In this document: piece after piece, positions 21,717-27,087 of the stretch
Position numbering within the stretch: position 1 is the stretch's first letter
How the letters are laid out: the number at the start of each line of letters is the position of its first letter
Origin: Octopus sinensis
Lineage: Eukaryota
DNA: 27,087 nucleotides
Assembly: GCF_006345805.1 (NCBI RefSeq)
Contig: NW_021834032.1
Span: 1 to 27,087 of the forward strand
Reading direction: 5' to 3'
Position numbers and translations under genes: made by a program
The notes under the pieces: model-generated
What the model was told of the DNA's origin: nothing
Databases searched by the model: none
What the model saw: the letters and a program-made list of their open reading frames with translations, nothing else

Positions 21717-21901
21717 TGTATGTATGTATGTATGTATGTATGTATGTATGTTTGTGCGTATTTATGTATGCATGCATGCATGCATGTATGTATGTATGTA
21801 TGTACTATGTATGTATATGTGAGTGCGTATGTATCTGCTTATATATGAGTGAGCGTACGTACACCGCATATACACACTCACACACACATACACACACATA
21901 T
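21684..21901. repeat. (TATG)n and (CA)n microsatellites
   Basis: directly visible. Confidence 0.93.
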
Positions 21902-21902
21902 A

Positions 21903-22070
21903 TCAAAGCGACAAAAATATTTTGGCAAATTAAATTTAAATGTTGAAGTGAATCTAACGGTTTTTGTGTGTTTCTTAAATGGCTTATAAACACCTTCCAT
22001 TCTCCAATTGTTTTCGTTCCAGTACACGATCTCAGATCAGGTCACTTGCTATGCAAGTACATCTCCGTAA
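21903..22070 (+). mobile_element. Penelope-like element 3' terminal fragment (same family as 6642-6856)
   Basis: reverse complement of 6642-6790; 3' end runs into (TA)n. Confidence 0.75.
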
Positions 22071-22074
22071 ATAT

Positions 22075-22142
<68 letters not shown>

Positions 22143-22148
<6 letters not shown>

Positions 22149-22568
22149 AATAAATCTCTGAGCGAGGTATAAACAGTAACTGCTCGTAATATAAGCGGGA
22201 TCAGCCATCTGAATGTGGCTAGGGACAGGCGGGGTGGTGGGGGTGTACTGATGCATTTAGCCCCAGGCGACTATAGACGTCACTAGAAGAGCCGACACCA
22301 TCACGGTGTCCTTGCTAGCCTGTAAAGGGAGATCAGCCTCCCCGAAGATCGGATGCTACACACGAGAGGCGACTACCTCGAAACCGGTCCGTGTGTAGCA
22401 TCCGTATCTTCGGGGAGGCTGATCTCCCTTTACAGGCTAGCAAGGACACCGTGATGGTGTCGGCTCTTCTAGTGACGTCTATAGTCGCCTGGGGCTAAAT
22501 GCATCAGTAACACCCCCACCACCCCGCCCTGTCCCTAGCCACATTCAGATGGCTGATCCCGCTTATAT
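22143..22568. mobile_element. GC-rich fold-back PLE-type insertion in (TA)n with a truncated hammerhead in the loop
   Basis: arms 22189-22364 / 22390-22568 differ by three 1-nt indels; loop reads A-GAGG-CGACTA-CCTC-GAAA-CCGG-TC. Confidence 0.8.
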
Positions 22569-23107
22569 ATATATATATATATATATATACAAGCTAAATA
22601 TTGTAGCAATTTTACAACCAAAACCACGAAAAGACACTATTCTCATTGTTTGGTCGTCTCCAGAATTCCCCACTAAATTTAAATGACGCATTGCTTAACT
22701 GGTTTTCACAAAAGAAAACAATCAGTCACATTTGGTTTGCTTTTTCGTACTGAAGTGTTTGTTCGTATTACAATGTACTGCATGCATAGAAATTTTGTAA
22801 TTTCTTAAACTTTAGTAATTCCCCGCCATCATAAAAGAAAAAGCAGAATGATAATAATTCAGTACTCAGGTTATCCCATTATGTTAAGTAAGTCAAAAGA
22901 AATATCATAACTAACGATTGAAAAAAGAATAGTAGGAGGGCTAAAGAAGATTGTTATTGTAGTGTCATCTGGATTTGCACTGTTAAAAAATCATAATGAA
23001 TCAATCTGAAAAAATACATGTTGCTTTTTAAAATTCAAGCGGGGAGAAACGCTTTGGAACAAACACGTCCACGCAGTAAATTAAGGAAAAATAAGGAGAA
23101 AATTTTG

Positions 23108-23320
23108 ATTTCAAATTTTGGCACAAAGCCAGCAATTGCGAGGGAGGAGCTAAGTCATTTAAATCGGCCCTAATGCTCAACTGGTACTTATTTTATCGAA
23201 CCTGAAAGGATGAAAAGCAAAGTCGGCCCCGACGGCATTTGAATCCGGAACGTAAAGACAGACAAAATGTCGCAAAGCATTTTACCCTGCGTGCTAACGC
23301 TTCTACCAGCTCGTCGTCTT
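23108..23320 (-). mobile_element. Nin/Deu-domain SINE, tail type 2
   Basis: TTTCAAATTTTGGCACAAAGCCAGCAATT tail, GAAAGGATGAAAAGCAAAGTCG core. Confidence 0.87.
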
Positions 23321-23449
23321 GTACGGAGAAAATATTAAGTGTTTGAGTAGATATGTCACAGTGTCACTCACCAATTATCCCAAGCCATCATCCACCAAAA
23401 AACATTAAATTTGTTTCATTAGTTGAAACAAAAAGTTCAGTAATTTACC

Positions 23450-24350
23450 CAAACATTCGTTGCTTCTCGTGTATGGTAGTTCAAGAAATGATCAAATTTC
23501 TCTAACAGGGGAATCAGAAAGTGCTGACATCCAAGTAGCATCGAAATTTGCAATATAATTGAAGAGAAATCTAGTTTTCAGGTAAACGAATATGTGCTAT
23601 TTTGGGAACGTTTACTTGCTAAAACTTTCAAAGAAGGAAAAGGAACCTGGATATAAAACAGCAAAATATCGTTTCACAATTTTATAAGGAGTAAATGCCA
23701 CTAGAGTGTTGAAACTTAAGCCATTCCTTGTTTATCATTCTGCTGCAAAAGCAATGAAAGATGTCGCCAAATCGCGTTTGGCTGTTATATAGATATCTAA
23801 AAGAAAAGCTTAGGTTTCATAGAATTTAATTACTGAATCATTCGTTGAACATTTCTGCCCTGTTGTCAAACATTACTGCAAGGAGAATAATTTCGAACTG
23901 AATGCAATTCTGCCTTTCGACAGCGCCCCTGGGTATATTTCAAATCTCAATTCACTTCAAATGTTACGTACTTACGTGTTGAAATCGCTTTCATTCCATC
24001 AAACACAACTTTGCTACTACTGGTAAGGGATCAGAATGGTATTTTCGACTGAGCTTTATGTAACTTGATTACGGCGACCGATAATAAATTCAGCAAAGAA
24101 TTCTGGGAAGTTTATAAGATTATGCCAGCATTAAAAATATTTAAGATGACTGGAAAGAAAATAATCATAAATGTTTCAGTGGGAGATTTGACAAAATTGT
24201 TTCCAAACGTTGTTAAGGAAGACCATGGGAGTTAAGGATGAAAGAGCTCCAATCTGCAATAACCTTATAGAAATGGCATAGGAAGTGGGATTTGAAAATG
24301 TTGATACAGGTGATATTCAGCGTGAGTTGGATGCTGATAACGAGATCCTC
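23450..24350 (+). pseudogene. decayed Tigger/pogo-family transposase (CENP-B HTH end + DDE_1 domain)
   Basis: fragments FVASRVW, GESESAD, FQVNEYVLFWERL, PGYKTAKYRFTIL*GVNAT..KLKPFLVYHS, FCPVVKHYCKENN, FDSAPG, FIPSNTT; many stops and frameshifts; no TIRs identified. Confidence 0.8.
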
Positions 24351-24970
24351 TCCTACAAAACCCTAAGGAGTGAACAAAGCCTAAAGTGTCTTGTTCAGTT
24401 AGCAAAGGAGACACAGCTGCACAACAGAGATCTTATCTAAAAGCTTTGGTGAAATTACTGACGCATAAGAGCGACTTTCAGAAATGCTGGATATAGTAAT
24501 CATCAAAAGAGCAGCAAGAACTTTATATAAGTTTTTTTTTTGTTTGTTTTTTTTTGCTATAGATAGAAATGAAACTTGAAGCCATGGATTAGTAAGTCAT
24601 ACAACGACTATAAAATAAGTATTTCACTTTAATATATGCATTGAATACTCTTCCAATTTATTGCACACATACACACACAAACACACGTGTGTGTATGAGT
24701 GTAAGATCAAAATAATCCCACCGAGTACTTCTGTAAATCTTATTATTCCATTAACATCAACTAGTCATTAGGCAGCGGCCATGATAGAGCATAACTGGAA
24801 GTTAATTATCGATTTCGTAAGGACGGTGTCATTTATGACTATACACACTCCTTATCGTTTTCTCTTGATTCGAACTACATATTCTATATGTTTAGTAAAC
24901 TAATATGTTACGGAGTTCTTTTTTTTTCTTCTGAGTACTGCCGGATTACTTGAATCCATATATGAACCTT

Positions 24971-25064
24971 ATATATGTGTATATATATATATATATACAC
25001 ACACACGCACGCACACATATGTATATACAGACATACATACATATATTATATATATATATATTAT

Positions 25065-25110
<46 letters not shown>

Positions 25111-25159
25111 ATATATATATATTATATATTATATATATAAGATATATAATATTATAATG

Positions 25160-25221
<62 letters not shown>

Positions 25222-25392
25222 ATATATATATAATATAATATATATATATGTCTACATATTATATATATATTATATATATAATAAATATATATATATATAT
25301 ATATATATAAATATATATATTCTATATTAAATATATATATATATATAATAATATATAGATATATATATATATATATATATCTATATATATAT

Positions 25393-25423
<31 letters not shown>

Positions 25424-25425
25424 GG

Positions 25426-25453
<28 letters not shown>
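24971..25453. repeat. long degenerate (TA)n microsatellite
   Basis: directly visible. Confidence 0.95.
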
Positions 25454-25456
<3 letters not shown>

Positions 25457-25710
25457 AACACCTAGATATCTATAATACATATCGATTTTTCTAACATTAT
25501 GAACAAGACTTTCGATTGACAAAAAGACATGCGCACACATTCACACACACATTCACACACAGACATACGTACATGTCTGTGTAAAGAGTACACATACATA
25601 AACATATATATATATGTACATACATTCATTCATTTATTCATTCATACACATACATACATGCATGCATACATACATACATACATACATACATACATACATA
25701 CATACATACA

Positions 25711-25738
<28 letters not shown>

Positions 25739-25741
<3 letters not shown>

Positions 25742-25780
25742 TTCTTTACTACCTACAAGGGGCTAAACACAGAGAGGACA
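25739..25780 (-). mobile_element. ~40-bp SINE type 1 tail embedded in (TACA)n (tract ~25650-25834)
   Basis: nearly identical to 4064-4104. Confidence 0.85.
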
Positions 25781-26317
25781 TACATACATACATACATACA
25801 TACATACATACATACATACATACATACATACATAGTAAACATTTACGCAAACGTCAACTTTTCAACGATATATACAGAAAACTTCTGATTGGAAAGTGAA
25901 GGAAATATGTTTACGTGTCGTTCGTATTATCAATTGTGATAGAAACATAAAATAGATAACATATGTATAAAACTGGAAATCAAAAGCAGACCGTGTATTG
26001 AACTGAGTGAGAACACAGCTTAAGTGGATTCATCTCAGGAAACGATAACATGGACAGTTTTGAGTTCAAAGAATCAAGACTTATGTTAGTTACACCAATA
26101 AAAGGCACCAACTTTTCAACAGGTGAACTTTTATCCGTGTGAGTGTATATGTGTGTGTTTATGTCTGAGTAATTGATTGTAGTGGTTGTTTCGGTTTAAA
26201 TCCAGATCTGTCTCGATCGAGTAAACCTATGATCAAAGCCAATCCAGCCGTGACCATCCTATATATACATACATACGTACTTACAATTTATGTGTTTGTG
26301 TGTGTGTGTACATATGG

Positions 26318-26358
<41 letters not shown>

Positions 26359-26409
26359 AAGAGAAAGAGAAAGAGAAGAGGGAGAAAGAGTGAGAGAGAA
26401 AGAGAGAGG

Positions 26410-26485
<76 letters not shown>

Positions 26486-26588
26486 CAGACATATATACAT
26501 ACACACACATACTTACATATATATATATACTTACATACATACATACATACATACATAAATACATACATGCATATATAAAATATAAATC

Positions 26589-26679
<91 letters not shown>

Positions 26680-26686
26680 TATATAG
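26318..26686. repeat. compound (TA)n/(GA)n/(GATA)n/(TACA)n microsatellites
   Basis: directly visible. Confidence 0.93.
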
Positions 26687-26785
26687 TGAGAATTCACAAA
26701 AAAAACAAAAGACGAAGACGGTGTGTAAACAACGAACGGAAGTATTAGTTTAACGCTCAGGAAGTGAGAAAGTCTTTTACATTTC

Positions 26786-26884
26786 ATGCGTGGCACCTTG
26801 GACAAGTGCATTTTGCTATAGCCTCGAGCGGGCCAAAGCCTTGTGAGTGGATTTGGCAGGCGGAAACTGAAAGAAACCCGTCGT
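26786..26884 (+). mobile_element. 5'-truncated CORE-like SINE fragment
   Basis: GCACCTTGGACAAGTG CORE-like motif followed by CCTTGTGAGTGGATTTGG..GGAAACTGAAAGAA; recognised from memory, single copy in the window. Confidence 0.55.
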
Positions 26885-27087
26885 ATATATGCATATATAT
26901 ATATATATATATATCAACAATCAAGGAACGGCCATAATAGGCCATTCACCCACTAGAAATAACAGCCAAAGCTTCAACCGCAATAAGATCAATTCCGTAA
27001 ACAGGAGAACATTTAAAAAAACATTTACCCTGTAATTTCTTGTACGATGCACCGTTTCGTCTGCTGTTTAATGGTAAACTAACCTGA

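Noticed and set aside
26686-26786. Possible PLE terminus with minus-strand GAAAUGUA^ half-hammerhead (likewise the insert at 1231-1318)
   Set aside because: Single truncated copies; the core is not present, so the call cannot be supported from this window
857-26811. Numerous YIYI/MYVC/LSIY/HTHT ORFs in the track
   Set aside because: Translations of TA, TATG, GATA and CA microsatellites

Overview
AT-rich, microsatellite-dense eukaryotic intergenic/intronic DNA with no intact host gene or RNA gene that I can support. Nearly all ORF-track entries are artefacts of simple repeats or SINEs. The repeat content (tRNA-derived CORE-like and Nin/Deu-domain SINEs, (TA)n/(TATG)n/(GATA)n tracts) most resembles an octopod cephalopod genome; this is inference from recognition, not a search. 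Mobile elements: about 20 Nin-domain SINE copies, three modular tRNA-SINEs, two internally deleted mariners, a Tigger/pogo fossil, a 5'-truncated R4/Dong-type LINE, a non-autonomous Helitron and a decayed Penelope-like element (PLE) ORF. The most interesting signal is three unrelated fold-back insertions in (TA)n tracts (6642-6856, 10353-11844, 22143-22568). All have 3' ends pointing outwards and one arm carrying a longer tail, and two contain hammerhead-ribozyme motifs with palindromic stem III. One is a non-coding ~557-bp tandem unit with one hammerhead per unit (retrozyme-like). In another, the inverted arm begins exactly at the predicted self-cleavage site. A further type III hammerhead candidate with a U3-A8 core variant caps a 35-bp hairpin at 7505-7609. 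One mariner has captured 89 bp of its own flanking DNA.
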